A DNA stretch of 46,457 nt, taken from contig JBKCUU010000083.1 in the NCBI GenBank assembly GCA_046318155.1, positions 1 to 46,457 of the forward strand. The letters run 5' to 3'. Position 1 is the stretch's first letter. Every line of letters begins with the position of its first letter. Shown here piece by piece: positions 27,006-36,555 of the stretch. The position numbers were made by a program, and so were the translations under genes. The notes under the pieces were generated by a model. It had not been told where the DNA came from, did not search any database, and saw nothing but the letters and a program-made list of their open reading frames with translations. The stretch is from Bdellovibrio sp. (lineage in GTDB: Bacteria; Bdellovibrionota; Bdellovibrionia; Bdellovibrionales; Bdellovibrionaceae).

Positions 27006-28447
27006 GTGAACATCTCTCGGTCCTCATTTGTGACGATGAAGCGGAACTACGCAAAAGCGTTGGTCAAGTCCTCACCTCGTTGTTTCCAAAAATAAAAATC
27101 GACATCACTGAGGCCGAAGACGGCACTTCTGCTCTTGAAAAAATCAAGGTGGCTGATTTTGATTTGGTCATGATGGATGTCAAGATGCCCGGTATGACCG
27201 GCCTCGAGGCTCTTGAGCAGATCAAGCTACATGATCCTCGTACTTTTGTCGTCATCATGACCGCTCACTCGAACTTTCAAGACGCCGTGGTCGCAATTCG
27301 CGAAGGCGCCTACGATTACATCGAAAAACCCGTTAGCCGCGAGCGATTGTCTGAGATTGTTGAAAAAAGTCTTGAAGCTCGCGAGCTCGTTTCGGACCTC
27401 GCTCTTTCAAATCCCATCATGGATGACGATATCGACAGTGAATTTGTCGGCGGCTCTGGCAAGATGCGCGAAGTTTTCGACCTGATCTACAAGCTTTGCA
27501 AGGTCGACACGACTGTGCTCGTTCGCGGTGAAAACGGCACGGGCAAAGAGCTCGTGGCGCGCGCGATCCACTACAATTCTCCGCGAAAATCAGGACCCTT
27601 TGTTGCCATTAACTGCGGCGCGATCGCCGAAAATTTGGTTGAAAGCGAATTTTTTGGTCACGAAAAAGGCGCGTTCACCGGTGCTGTTGAACGCAAAATT
27701 GGCCAGTTCCAGGCGGCTAACAACGGAACTCTGTTTTTAGATGAAATTGGCGACCTCCGCCCCGACTTGCAGGTCAAGCTACTCCGCGTGCTTCAAGAGA
27801 AAAAGTTTATTCCTGTGGGTGGATCGCGCGAAGTCAAAACCAATGCGCGGATTATCGCCGCCACCAATCGCAATATCGAAAAGATGATTGAAGACGGCGA
27901 TTTCCGCGAAGATCTGTTTTATCGCCTCAACGTCTTGCCCATTTTCTTGCCTCCCTTGAGAGACCGATCCGAAGACATCCCCGCGCTGGTGCAAAGTTTC
28001 GTCAAAAAATTCTCGAAGCAGCACCCTCATAGCCCCATTGCAGGAGCAGCTCCCGAAACGATCGCCTTACTCAAAGCGCACCGCTGGCCTGGCAACATTC
28101 GCGAGCTTGAAAACACGATCGAACGTGCATTCATCATCGAGTCCCAAAGTATGATCCGGCCCGAAAATCTTCCCGAGGTTATTCGCGCAGAACATCGCAA
28201 CGCCTCTTCGCTGGGGTCCGGTGGCCCCCCGCTGGCTCCTGGTCTTGGTGCTCGGCCCGGTGCTGGCTCATCTCTGGACTACGAAAAGTTCAAAGAGGAT
28301 GCCGAGAAGGAGTTTATCATCAGCGCCCTCAAGGCCAACAAAGGGCGTATCAACCAGACCGTCGCGCATGCCAATATTCCCAAGAACACGTTGCTCCGAA
28401 AAATTAAGAAATATGCGATTAATGTAAAAGAATATTTGGAGCAATAG
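27002..28447 (+). CDS. Sigma54-dependent (NtrC-family) response regulator
   Basis: REC (CDDE, MDVKMP), [31 protein letters not shown]-terminal Fis-like HTH. ATGA overlap with the kinase. Confidence 0.93.
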   Translation: MSEHLSVLICDDEAELRKSVGQVLTSLFPKIKIDITEAEDGTSALEKIKVADFDLVMMDVKMPGMTGLEALEQIKLHDPRTFVVIMTAHSNFQDAVVAIREGAYDYIEKPVSRERLSEIVEKSLEARELVSDLALSNPIMDDDIDSEFVGGSGKMREVFDLIYKLCKVDTTVLVRGENGTGKELVARAIHYNSPRKSGPFVAINCGAIAENLVESEFFGHEKGAFTGAVERKIGQFQAANNGTLFLDEIGDLRPDLQVKLLRVLQEKKFIPVGGSREVKTNARIIAATNRNIEKMIEDGDFREDLFYRLNVLPIFLPPLRDRSEDIPALVQSFVKKFSKQHPHSPIAGAAPETIALLKAHRWPGNIRELENTIERAFIIESQSMIRPENLPEVIRAEHRNASSLGSGGPPLAPGLGARPGAGSSLDYEKFKEDAEKEFIISALKANKGRINQTVAHANIPKNTLLRKIKKYAINVKEYLEQ

Positions 28448-28467
28448 CGAGCTCGTCTTTTTGAACT

Positions 28468-29583
28468 TTAAAGAAGTTGATGCAGGCGCTGGTGAACGAG
28501 GTTCACCGGCAATCGCTTCATGCATTCGTGAGTCCCTTTGGGACACTTTGCATGCCCGTGCATTCCACAGGGCCTGCATTTAACGTCAAAGAGCTCGGCA
28601 ACCAGAGCCTGCGAGTTCCAAGGGCGAAAACCAAACTCCAAAATAGTCGGTCCAAAAATACCAACTGTTGGCGTACCTGCAACGGCAGCCATGTGTTGGC
28701 CGGCACTATCGTTGCTCACAACAGCTCGGCTGTGGCTTAGCAAAATCAAAGACTGCATCAACGACAATTGACCCGCGACAGACTTTGACCCCTTCGCACG
28801 GACCTCAAGGCGCTTGGTCAGCACCATCTCATCTTTGGATCCCATCCAATAAATACGAAAGCCCTCTTTCATCAGCTTTTCGGCCAAAACCACGAAACCG
28901 TCTTCGGTCCACTGCTTCGTTGCCCAGACACTTCCGGGAAATAGGCAGATCGTGCGCTCGTCAGCAGGAATGGCCGGGCTCTTGTGGAGCAACTTTTCTC
29001 GCAAAGACGAACTAGCCCAGAGTGGCACCTGAGGAAGCCGCCCATAGACATCGGCCTTGCGAAGTTCGAGGCCTTTGATGTCTTGAAACCACATCGAAAG
29101 CTCGGGATCCAGATGCGTCAGGAGCGAGAGCTGCCTTAAAGCCTCTGGCAGTTGTAGGTCTTTATAAATACGGTTTTTAAAAAAAAGAAAGTTCCACCAT
29201 TGATGATAACTAATTTTAAGTTTGGCCGGAATTCCCCAGCAAAACCTAGCGGTCGTCATTGATTCATGCGGAGTAATGATCCACTCAAACTTAACAGCTC
29301 GAAGACGATCTTGGGCCGCGGCATACGAGGCGGGATCATTCTTACGAACCTCGATGACATCATCGACCAGATCGAGCTCTTTGAGCAGGCGGGCAAAGCC
29401 TTCTCTACCAACCAAGATCAGGGGTGAGTTTGGTCGCAGCAATCGAATTCGGCGAAGCAAAGGGATCGAGAGCAAAAGGTCGCCAAGATAGGCCGTTTGG
29501 ACGACCAAAATGGGAGGATCCGTTAGATGTGCTTTTGGTCCTCGCTCGAAGGGCGAGAACATTTTTGTGACGTCTTCCACCAA
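28468..29583 (-). CDS. Glycosyltransferase family 9 (heptosyltransferase-like)
   Basis: QTAYLGDLLL, PGSVWATKQW, SNDSAGQHMA, IFGPT, CRPC..H..C...C. Exact start uncertain. Confidence 0.88.
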   Translation of the reverse strand: MVEDVTKMFSPFERGPKAHLTDPPILVVQTAYLGDLLLSIPLLRRIRLLRPNSPLILVGREGFARLLKELDLVDDVIEVRKNDPASYAAAQDRLRAVKFEWIITPHESMTTARFCWGIPAKLKISYHQWWNFLFFKNRIYKDLQLPEALRQLSLLTHLDPELSMWFQDIKGLELRKADVYGRLPQVPLWASSSLREKLLHKSPAIPADERTICLFPGSVWATKQWTEDGFVVLAEKLMKEGFRIYWMGSKDEMVLTKRLEVRAKGSKSVAGQLSLMQSLILLSHSRAVVSNDSAGQHMAAVAGTPTVGIFGPTILEFGFRPWNSQALVAELFDVKCRPCGMHGHAKCPKGTHECMKRLPVNLVHQRLHQLL

Positions 29584-30683
29584 TTGATTCCTTGGTTCAA
29601 AGCTTGAACGACAGACTCAGGCTGAATCTGATCGTAACACATTACTGGCAGCGCGCAATGTCTCTTCCAACAGGGGCTGCAGCTCGCCGAGGTCTGCAGT
29701 TTCACACCCCGGCCATAGAGTTCGATCTCATGTGCGCAGCTTGGGCCAAACCAAGCGATCATGAACTTCTTCAGTGCGATTCCGAGGTGCAGACCAAAAG
29801 AGTCACCCGAGATCACAATGTCACAAGCCTCGATACTGATCAGACCATCCCGAATTCCATCGTTGGTTGCGCTCTGAATAACGGGTAAGCCCTCCCCGAT
29901 CTCTTGATTGCGGTCCAGGTCCTCTGGACCCCCAAGCAAAACCAAGTTTTTGAAGCCAAGATCTAAAAATTTTTGAATCACCTGTCGGTGAAATGCCGTC
30001 GTCCATTTTTTTGCCGGCATCAAAGGTCCACAGCCGGTGTTAAAGCCGATCACGGGTTGGTCTTTGCGCAGACTCCAAAGTTCGTGACGGCGAAGAGACT
30101 CTGTTTTTTCTTGGGCCAATAACTCAAGTTGGTACTCGTCTTTTTGATAGACTCCTAGCTCGAGCGCCTCGTGCACAAGTTCATTTTCGGTTTTTTTATT
30201 CACAAAAAATTTTTGGAAGTCATCAAGGCCTAGCTGCCAAAGTCTTTCTCCGGCAGGGGTGGCAGGACGAATCGCGCCCGTCAAAGGGTCCGAGACAAAA
30301 CCGTACACCTGATCGACCTGGGTGAGCTTTAACAAGCCCGAAGCAACAAGTGACTTATCAATAACGTAGGCAACATCAAATTCGAGCGCACCCAGGGTCA
30401 GCTGATCTTCGGTCGACGTCGTTAAAACTCGGTCAACGAGGCGGTGGGATTTAATCAAGTCATGCAGTGGAGCTTGAGTGACCCACGTTAAATGCATCTT
30501 CGGGTGCTTGCGCTTGATCGCGGCGAGTAGCGCCGTGGACCGAACAACGGCACCCATCGCCCCTAAGTGAACAAGCAAAACACGAATATCCGGGCGGTCC
30601 ACCTGGGGGCAACTTGAATCACAAACTGCGTTTTTTCCGCAGGGTTTGTAACCGTTAAAATGACGACAGTCGGTAATGGGCAC
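29523..30683 (-). CDS. Glycosyltransferase family 9 with Cys-rich N-terminus
   Basis: CRHFNGYKPC, LGAMGAVVRST, KKW, LLGGP, SGDSFGLHL, WFGPS, CSPC..C..C. Confidence 0.88.
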   Translation of the reverse strand: MPITDCRHFNGYKPCGKNAVCDSSCPQVDRPDIRVLLVHLGAMGAVVRSTALLAAIKRKHPKMHLTWVTQAPLHDLIKSHRLVDRVLTTSTEDQLTLGALEFDVAYVIDKSLVASGLLKLTQVDQVYGFVSDPLTGAIRPATPAGERLWQLGLDDFQKFFVNKKTENELVHEALELGVYQKDEYQLELLAQEKTESLRRHELWSLRKDQPVIGFNTGCGPLMPAKKWTTAFHRQVIQKFLDLGFKNLVLLGGPEDLDRNQEIGEGLPVIQSATNDGIRDGLISIEACDIVISGDSFGLHLGIALKKFMIAWFGPSCAHEIELYGRGVKLQTSASCSPCWKRHCALPVMCYDQIQPESVVQALNQGINWWKTSQKCSRPSSEDQKHI

Positions 30684-30763
30684 ACTTCGATTTTAGACGA
30701 AGTTGTCTCAATTTGCTGAACTCAAGTGCGCGAGCTAGACCTTTGTCAGGCCATTAGATTCAC

Positions 30764-31831
30764 TTACTCGGCCTTGCCCGGCTCGATCTGGATGACTTCC
30801 GAGACGAGAGTCCCGATTTTAATCTTGGCTTCGATCCTTAAGATGTACTTCCGGTCATCATCACTCAACCAAATGTAGATGTCTCCGACTGGCTTGAAGG
30901 CGTTTTTGAGCTGGATTTCAGGCTTGATTTTAATGGCCCAAAAATCACCGGCATCTGTTGAGAGCTGTTCACGCTTCACAGCTGTTCCACGAAAAATAAG
31001 ATTCTCGCCGCCGTCAGCAACTCGGAAAGAGTTGTTTTTACCCACTTCCCAATTGAAGACGCGCAAATAGTAGATCGAGGAGAAGACATTCTGCGAGTAC
31101 TCCGGCACTTCCCAGTTCTGTTTTTTTTCTTCGGGACCTTTTTTCTTGGTCACCTTTTTTTCCCAGTAATTGGCCGTCTTCTTTTGCCAATCAAACAGAA
31201 ACCGCGCTTCACGCAACTGGCCTGACTCTTTTACATGCAAAGTGAAAACCGATGGGATCAAAGTCTCAAAATCCATCATGGCTGACACGTAATCATCCAC
31301 CGAGTAAAAAAGATCAAACACCGAGGCGCTCTTGATTGCTGTGTGAAAATGGTACGACTTGCGTCCATTCACTTGCGCGAATGGCTTCACACTCATCGTG
31401 AGGACTCCTGCCGTGCTTGAGAAATAGCTCACTTCATGAATGACTTTTTCCCCCTCGCGAAAAGGATCCTTTAAGGGGCGACGGAGCAAAAAAGCGTCTT
31501 GTCCTTCGAGTTCTGGTTCATGCTTTGTCGCCGAGGCCACGGGAGATACGGCCTTGGATTCTTTCGCGGCCTTTTTCTTCGTATTTTTGACCAAAGGTGC
31601 GGGGATCTGAGGCGTGGGAGAAGGAGCTGGGGCACTGACTTCTGCACCGGCGACCTCTTCGGGTAACTCATTGGTTTCGATTTTGACCTGATTGTCAAAC
31701 TCAGAGATGTCTTTAAGAGATTCTGCCTTCTCGTATTTTAAAAAACTGGAGGCGCAGCCAGCAAACACAAGGGCTGAGGCTAAAACAAAAAGAGAAAGTT
31801 GGATCTTCTGAATCTTATGGATTCGAGCCAT
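30764..31831 (-). CDS. DUF3108-like lipoprotein
   Basis: Lipobox VFAG-C, Pro/Ala/Lys linker, PFREGEK, SIYYLR, TDAGDF, IWLSDD..ILRIEAKIKIG. ATG at 31831 chosen (track 31897). Confidence 0.65.
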   Translation of the reverse strand: MARIHKIQKIQLSLFVLASALVFAGCASSFLKYEKAESLKDISEFDNQVKIETNELPEEVAGAEVSAPAPSPTPQIPAPLVKNTKKKAAKESKAVSPVASATKHEPELEGQDAFLLRRPLKDPFREGEKVIHEVSYFSSTAGVLTMSVKPFAQVNGRKSYHFHTAIKSASVFDLFYSVDDYVSAMMDFETLIPSVFTLHVKESGQLREARFLFDWQKKTANYWEKKVTKKKGPEEKKQNWEVPEYSQNVFSSIYYLRVFNWEVGKNNSFRVADGGENLIFRGTAVKREQLSTDAGDFWAIKIKPEIQLKNAFKPVGDIYIWLSDDDRKYILRIEAKIKIGTLVSEVIQIEPGKAE

Positions 31832-31857
31832 TTTGTTCGCGGTCCCTTGAGTCACAT

Positions 31858-32745
31858 TTACTCCCATGTTTTCCAACGACGGTGGACCCACATCCACTGC
31901 TCGGGGTGCCGCAGAATGATTCGCTCCAGAGCACGATTATATTCTGCAGTCATTTCAGCAATTTGTAAATCGCGGTTTTCTCCAGAAATCTGGGGGATCG
32001 GACGTTCAAAATAGATTTGAAGACGGCCGTCTTTATCGGTGACGGTGTAGACCGGAACGACTGGAGACTGTGTTTTCAGAGCAAAGAGTGCCAAGCCATA
32101 AGCCGTTCCGGTTACTCGACCAAAAAATTTGGATTCGATCCCATAGGGTTTACCCATAAACTGGTCCAGCACAAAAACGACGACTTCGTTCTGGCCAATG
32201 GCTTTGAGGATTTCAAAGGGCGTTTTGCGGCCGTGCGGATCAATGAATTTAGTCCCCTTCATCTCGCGCACACCAAACCAAAAATCATTGAGCCATTTTT
32301 GTTTAAACTTTTTTGAGATCAGGTGACACGGAATGCCAGCCAGGGACATCATCGCTGTGGCAACGTCGCCATTGCCTAGATGGAGCGACAGAAAATACAC
32401 ACCCTTGCCCTGGGCGTGGGCTTTCTCATAATTCTCAATGTTGTTGAAAACGACCTGCGTTTTTAGAGACCCCGCCGACAGTTGAGGGATCTTAAGAAAA
32501 TCGAGAAAATTATAGCCCATCCAAAACAGGCTCTCTCGCGCGACACGTCTTTTTTCGGCTTTTGAAAGATCCGGAAAAACGATCGTTAAATTTCGATAGA
32601 TCGTGAAACGCCGCAGGCGAAAAAGATCCCACCACAAAAATCCAAGTATCCAGGCCACGCCTCGCTGAAACGAGCGAGGGAACATGGACATCCAGAAGCC
32701 GATTGTCTTAGCGAACCAAATTCCTGAGTTTTTCAAAAAAAACAT
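31858..32745 (-). CDS. lpxL: Lipid A late acyltransferase (LpxL/HtrB family)
   Basis: NLTIVFP, HLGNGD acyltransferase motif, DQ, FFG, IILRHPEQWMWVHRRWK. Start uncertain (32745 or 32769). Confidence 0.85.
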   Translation of the reverse strand: MFFLKNSGIWFAKTIGFWMSMFPRSFQRGVAWILGFLWWDLFRLRRFTIYRNLTIVFPDLSKAEKRRVARESLFWMGYNFLDFLKIPQLSAGSLKTQVVFNNIENYEKAHAQGKGVYFLSLHLGNGDVATAMMSLAGIPCHLISKKFKQKWLNDFWFGVREMKGTKFIDPHGRKTPFEILKAIGQNEVVVFVLDQFMGKPYGIESKFFGRVTGTAYGLALFALKTQSPVVPVYTVTDKDGRLQIYFERPIPQISGENRDLQIAEMTAEYNRALERIILRHPEQWMWVHRRWKTWE

Positions 32746-33694
32746 TCCCTTCAGAAAACTGAGCTTCAACGGTCGCGATCTTCATTTTTGAACAAAGAGT
32801 CTCATCCTGAATCTTGACGGAGTCTTTTTCGGTTGTCACCAGCACAGCCCTGGGGTCTTGTCTTAGGTAACTCTTAAGAATCTCAAGATCACCAGTCGTG
32901 TACCGGTGATGATCAGAAAAGTTCCAAACTTTTTGAACCCTGGCAAAATACTTTTTTCGGGCTTGCTCAGCAAAGGCCTCCGAACGTGCGAGCCCTGAAA
33001 AAACACCAACGAGCAAGTCTTCAGAAAATTCAGGCCAACGTGTGAGAAACGGCACATCCAGGGTCAGAATGTCTTTTGGCACCAAGGATTTTTGTTCCTG
33101 GACCACCTCTGGCGCAGCCCAGTTCACCTTGGTATACAAGATCAGATCCGCGCGCGCCAAAGCACGACGATCTTCGCGGGCGCGGCCTTCAGGCACCACT
33201 CGCAGACCTCTGGGGTCTGTTGCATCAACAAGAACAACATCAAGATCTCGAGCCAGCGCAAGATGTTGAAACCCATCATCAACGATGACGACATCAAAAG
33301 GACCATGCTCGCGTTCAGCCCAAACCGCCGTTTGCGATTTACTGGGACCAACAAAAACCCGGACTCCCGGCAAGGTGCTCGCGAGCAAAGTGGGCTCATC
33401 GCCGAAATACTCGGCCGCACCCGGGTGAGCAGGATCAACTTCGGCCACAGTTTTTATTTGTGCTTTATAATTGCGTGAGATGATCGCGACCTTTTTGTTT
33501 TGACGGATCAGGTGCTTGGCAGCGGCTTGCACGACCGGCGTTTTTCCGGTTCCGCCCATGCTCAGGTTGCCGATACTGACCACTTTGGCCTCTAATCGCA
33601 CACTTTTAAACAGCCCCGATTGGTATCCTAAAAAACGGAGGCGACTGAACCCACCCACCGCGGAGCCAAGTACGCGTGAGAGATGATTGATCAC
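32708..33694 (-). CDS. lpxK: Tetraacyldisaccharide 4'-kinase
   Basis: SIGNLSMGGTGKTP, SRNY, GDEP, DDGFQH, GRARE, FSDHH, TTEKD. Confidence 0.93.
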   Translation of the reverse strand: MINHLSRVLGSAVGGFSRLRFLGYQSGLFKSVRLEAKVVSIGNLSMGGTGKTPVVQAAAKHLIRQNKKVAIISRNYKAQIKTVAEVDPAHPGAAEYFGDEPTLLASTLPGVRVFVGPSKSQTAVWAEREHGPFDVVIVDDGFQHLALARDLDVVLVDATDPRGLRVVPEGRAREDRRALARADLILYTKVNWAAPEVVQEQKSLVPKDILTLDVPFLTRWPEFSEDLLVGVFSGLARSEAFAEQARKKYFARVQKVWNFSDHHRYTTGDLEILKSYLRQDPRAVLVTTEKDSVKIQDETLCSKMKIATVEAQFSEGNVFFEKLRNLVR

Positions 33695-34833
33695 TTCAGA
33701 AACTCCTCAAGACTGGCCGCAACTCGCTTTGTGGCCCCTTTATCACCCAGGTGCTGCTTTAAGGACGCCAAATGCTCGCGCGTTTTTTGAGCGTAAATGG
33801 GATCATCAATATAATCGCACATCAGTTGGAACAACTCATCCGAGTTGGCCCCGCCCTGCCAGCGTTCGGGAACAATCTCTTGGCCGGCAATCAAGTTAGG
33901 TAAACCAAAAAACTTCACGCCACGAACTAAAATGCGAGCGATAAGACCCGTGGTCCATTTCATGCGGTACATGATAACCATGGGTTTTTCGAGCAAGGCC
34001 ACCTGTAGAGTCGCAGTCCCGGACGCCACCAAAACAAAATCAGCCAGGTGAATCATTTCGAAGGGATCATCTTTTTGCATCATGATCGGAAACCGGAGAT
34101 CCCCGAGAGCATCTTGAAGTTCTTCTTTTGTCCGGGTCGGCGCCACCATCAAAAGAATTCGAAGGTTTGAGTATTTCTGGCAAAGGCGTCTGGCGACATC
34201 AAGCTGCAGCTGCAAGTGCTGCTTGATTTCACCGCGCCGGCTTCCTGGCATAAGTCCCACGACAATCTCATGATCTTGGACACCTGACCGGCGACGATGC
34301 GACAGCCGGTACTCCGACGTAAAATATTTATCGTTCAGTTCATCAAGAACTGGGTGCCCGACAAATTCAAAGGGAACATTTTTTGACTCGTAAAACACTT
34401 TTTCAAATGGAAAGAGGAGCAGCACTTTTTTGCAGTACTTCTTAATCGTTTCTATTCGCCCTTTACGCCAAGCCCAAACCTGAGGACTGACGTAATAAAC
34501 AACCGGGATGCCCATTGCATGCAGTCTTTTCGAAAGCATCATATTGAAGTCTGGGTAATCCATCAGCACAACGAGTTTGGGTTGGCGACGTTTGGCTTCT
34601 TCAACCAGGCGATTAAAGACGGACTTCAAATGAGAGTACTGCTCGATGATTTCGGCCGCACCCACAACGGCCATGTCTTCGGATTTTCCTAAGCGTTCAA
34701 AACCGAGCTTTTCCATTTCGGGAGAGCCCACACCGAAGGCATGTAAACTTGGTTTTTCTTTTTTCCAGAGTTCGAGCAGTCTTTGCGCAAAGAGACTACT
34801 TGAGGCCTCAGCGGCTACAAGCATGACCTCCAT
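33691..34833 (-). CDS. lpxB: Lipid A disaccharide synthase
   Basis: AAEAS, DYPDFN, YYVSPQVWAWR, FVGHP, MPGSRRGE, SGTATL, GLPNL, PE..Q. TAATG coupling gives the start at 34833. Confidence 0.95.
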   Translation of the reverse strand: MEVMLVAAEASSSLFAQRLLELWKKEKPSLHAFGVGSPEMEKLGFERLGKSEDMAVVGAAEIIEQYSHLKSVFNRLVEEAKRRQPKLVVLMDYPDFNMMLSKRLHAMGIPVVYYVSPQVWAWRKGRIETIKKYCKKVLLLFPFEKVFYESKNVPFEFVGHPVLDELNDKYFTSEYRLSHRRRSGVQDHEIVVGLMPGSRRGEIKQHLQLQLDVARRLCQKYSNLRILLMVAPTRTKEELQDALGDLRFPIMMQKDDPFEMIHLADFVLVASGTATLQVALLEKPMVIMYRMKWTTGLIARILVRGVKFFGLPNLIAGQEIVPERWQGGANSDELFQLMCDYIDDPIYAQKTREHLASLKQHLGDKGATKRVAASLEEFLK

Positions 34834-35765
34834 TAATGCGCTCCGATTCGGTCCATCAGTCGGTGCACCCATTCCATCGCGCGCAGACCATCAAGACCAG
34901 ACACAGAAAGATTGGGCTCATGACCCAGAACCGCCTGCACAAAGGCTCGCGTTTCGCTGAGCAAATTGTCACCTTTTCCGACATTCATGGTTTGAATCAC
35001 GGGAGTCTCGGGATTTTGAAATTGCGCCCATTGAACATCGCCCGTCTGCAAATCGCAGAGCACGCTTTCTTGTGCGGCCAGAATCCGCAAGGTTCTGGTC
35101 ATGGCGGGAGCGACCCGTGAAACCGAAACAATGGCCTGGCGAGTTCCGCCAAACTGAAAGACAGCCTGTGCCCAATCAAGGCTGGGTGAAATCAATTTTC
35201 CGCCTTGCGCTTCGACCAGTTGTAAGTCGGTTGGGACCAGGGTTCGAAGTAAATCCAGATCGTGAATCATCAGATCGTGAATCACGCTGACATCAGCTCC
35301 GCGCGTTTTGTAAGGAGCGTGCCGCGTGAGCTCAATAACATGAGGGCTCTTGATCAACTCGCGGGCTTTTTGAAAGGCCGGATTGAACCGTTCGCTATGT
35401 CCAACGCAAAGCTTGACGTTATATTTCGCGGCCGTCTCGATCAACACTTCACTTTCGCCGACGGTGACGGTCATTGGCTTTTCCACATTGCAGTGGATTC
35501 CGTTTTCTAAGAAGGTCTTGGCCATTTCAAAATGCGCGCGGGTCACGGTCGAAATCGTGACGGCATCAACGAGGCCGACTAAATCACGCGGATTTGAAAA
35601 GGCCGGGACACCCAACTCGGTTCCCACTTTTTGCGCTTGGTCTCTGAAAAGATCGCAGACGCCAACCAGCTCCAGAGGGAGTTCGGCTTCTAGTTGTTTG
35701 TATTTTTGGGCGTGAAAGCGGCCCAAATAGCCCACTCCAACCACCGCGGCTCGAAGCTTTTTCAC
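34833..35765 (-). CDS. gnnA: Gfo/Idh/MocA oxidoreductase, probable UDP-GlcNAc 3-dehydrogenase GnnA
   Basis: GVGYLGRFHAQKY, VEKPM, GHSERFNP, DVSVIHDLMIHDLD. Located between lpxA and lpxB. GTG at 35765. Confidence 0.75.
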   Translation of the reverse strand: MKKLRAAVVGVGYLGRFHAQKYKQLEAELPLELVGVCDLFRDQAQKVGTELGVPAFSNPRDLVGLVDAVTISTVTRAHFEMAKTFLENGIHCNVEKPMTVTVGESEVLIETAAKYNVKLCVGHSERFNPAFQKARELIKSPHVIELTRHAPYKTRGADVSVIHDLMIHDLDLLRTLVPTDLQLVEAQGGKLISPSLDWAQAVFQFGGTRQAIVSVSRVAPAMTRTLRILAAQESVLCDLQTGDVQWAQFQNPETPVIQTMNVGKGDNLLSETRAFVQAVLGHEPNLSVSGLDGLRAMEWVHRLMDRIGAH

Positions 35766-35772
35766 GAATCTC

Positions 35773-36555
35773 TCACTTCGCAATGCCCCGTTTTGAGGAG
35801 CGGATAAAGTCTGTAAAATACTGGATGTTTTCTGACATTTCGCATTCGGCTTCAATGCGGGCCAAGGCCTCCGCGACGGTGTCGGTGCCCATTAAGACGA
35901 TGCGGATGGCGCGGTGAACATTTTCGATTTCTTGGGGACTGAAACCCCTACGGCTGAGACCAATTTTATTGGTCGCACGGCAAACGGCATAGTTTCCCTG
36001 CGCTTTGCTGAACGGCAGAATATCTTTGTTCACAACACTACAACCCGCAACAAAGGAGCCCTTGCCAATTCGCGAGAACTGATTGAAAGCACAAACACCA
36101 CTGATCGTGACGTTGTCTTCGACGACTGTATGCCCACCTAAGTTGGTGTTATTGGCAATCGTGACATTGTTGCGAATTTCACAGTCGTGCCCGATATGCG
36201 TGTAGGCCATGAAGTAGCAGTTATGACCAATCACAGTCGCACGCGTCGCTTTGGCGGTTGCGATGTTGATCGTTGAAAATTCGCGGATGACGTTGTTATT
36301 CCCGATCACCAGGCGCGTGGGCTCAGACTTATAGCCAATATCCTGGGGAGGGCCGCCAATAGCAGAACCTGGCGCAAAGTGATTGTTCTCACCGATTTCG
36401 ACGATCCCGTGCCGAGAACCCACGGTGACATGGGCTTCGATATAGGTGCCTTTTCCGATTTTCACTTTGCCTTGAATATGGCAATAGGGGCCAACTTCAG
36501 CCCCTTCCGCGATTTCGACGTCACCTTCAATGATACTGGTCGGATGGACCCTCAT
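35773..36555 (-). CDS. lpxA: Acyl-ACP--UDP-GlcNAc O-acyltransferase LpxA
   Basis: Hexapeptide repeats, GGPPQD, IRE, HIGHDC, N.IGL.RRGF, C-terminal RGI. Confidence 0.93.
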   Translation of the reverse strand: MRVHPTSIIEGDVEIAEGAEVGPYCHIQGKVKIGKGTYIEAHVTVGSRHGIVEIGENNHFAPGSAIGGPPQDIGYKSEPTRLVIGNNNVIREFSTINIATAKATRATVIGHNCYFMAYTHIGHDCEIRNNVTIANNTNLGGHTVVEDNVTISGVCAFNQFSRIGKGSFVAGCSVVNKDILPFSKAQGNYAVCRATNKIGLSRRGFSPQEIENVHRAIRIVLMGTDTVAEALARIEAECEMSENIQYFTDFIRSSKRGIAK

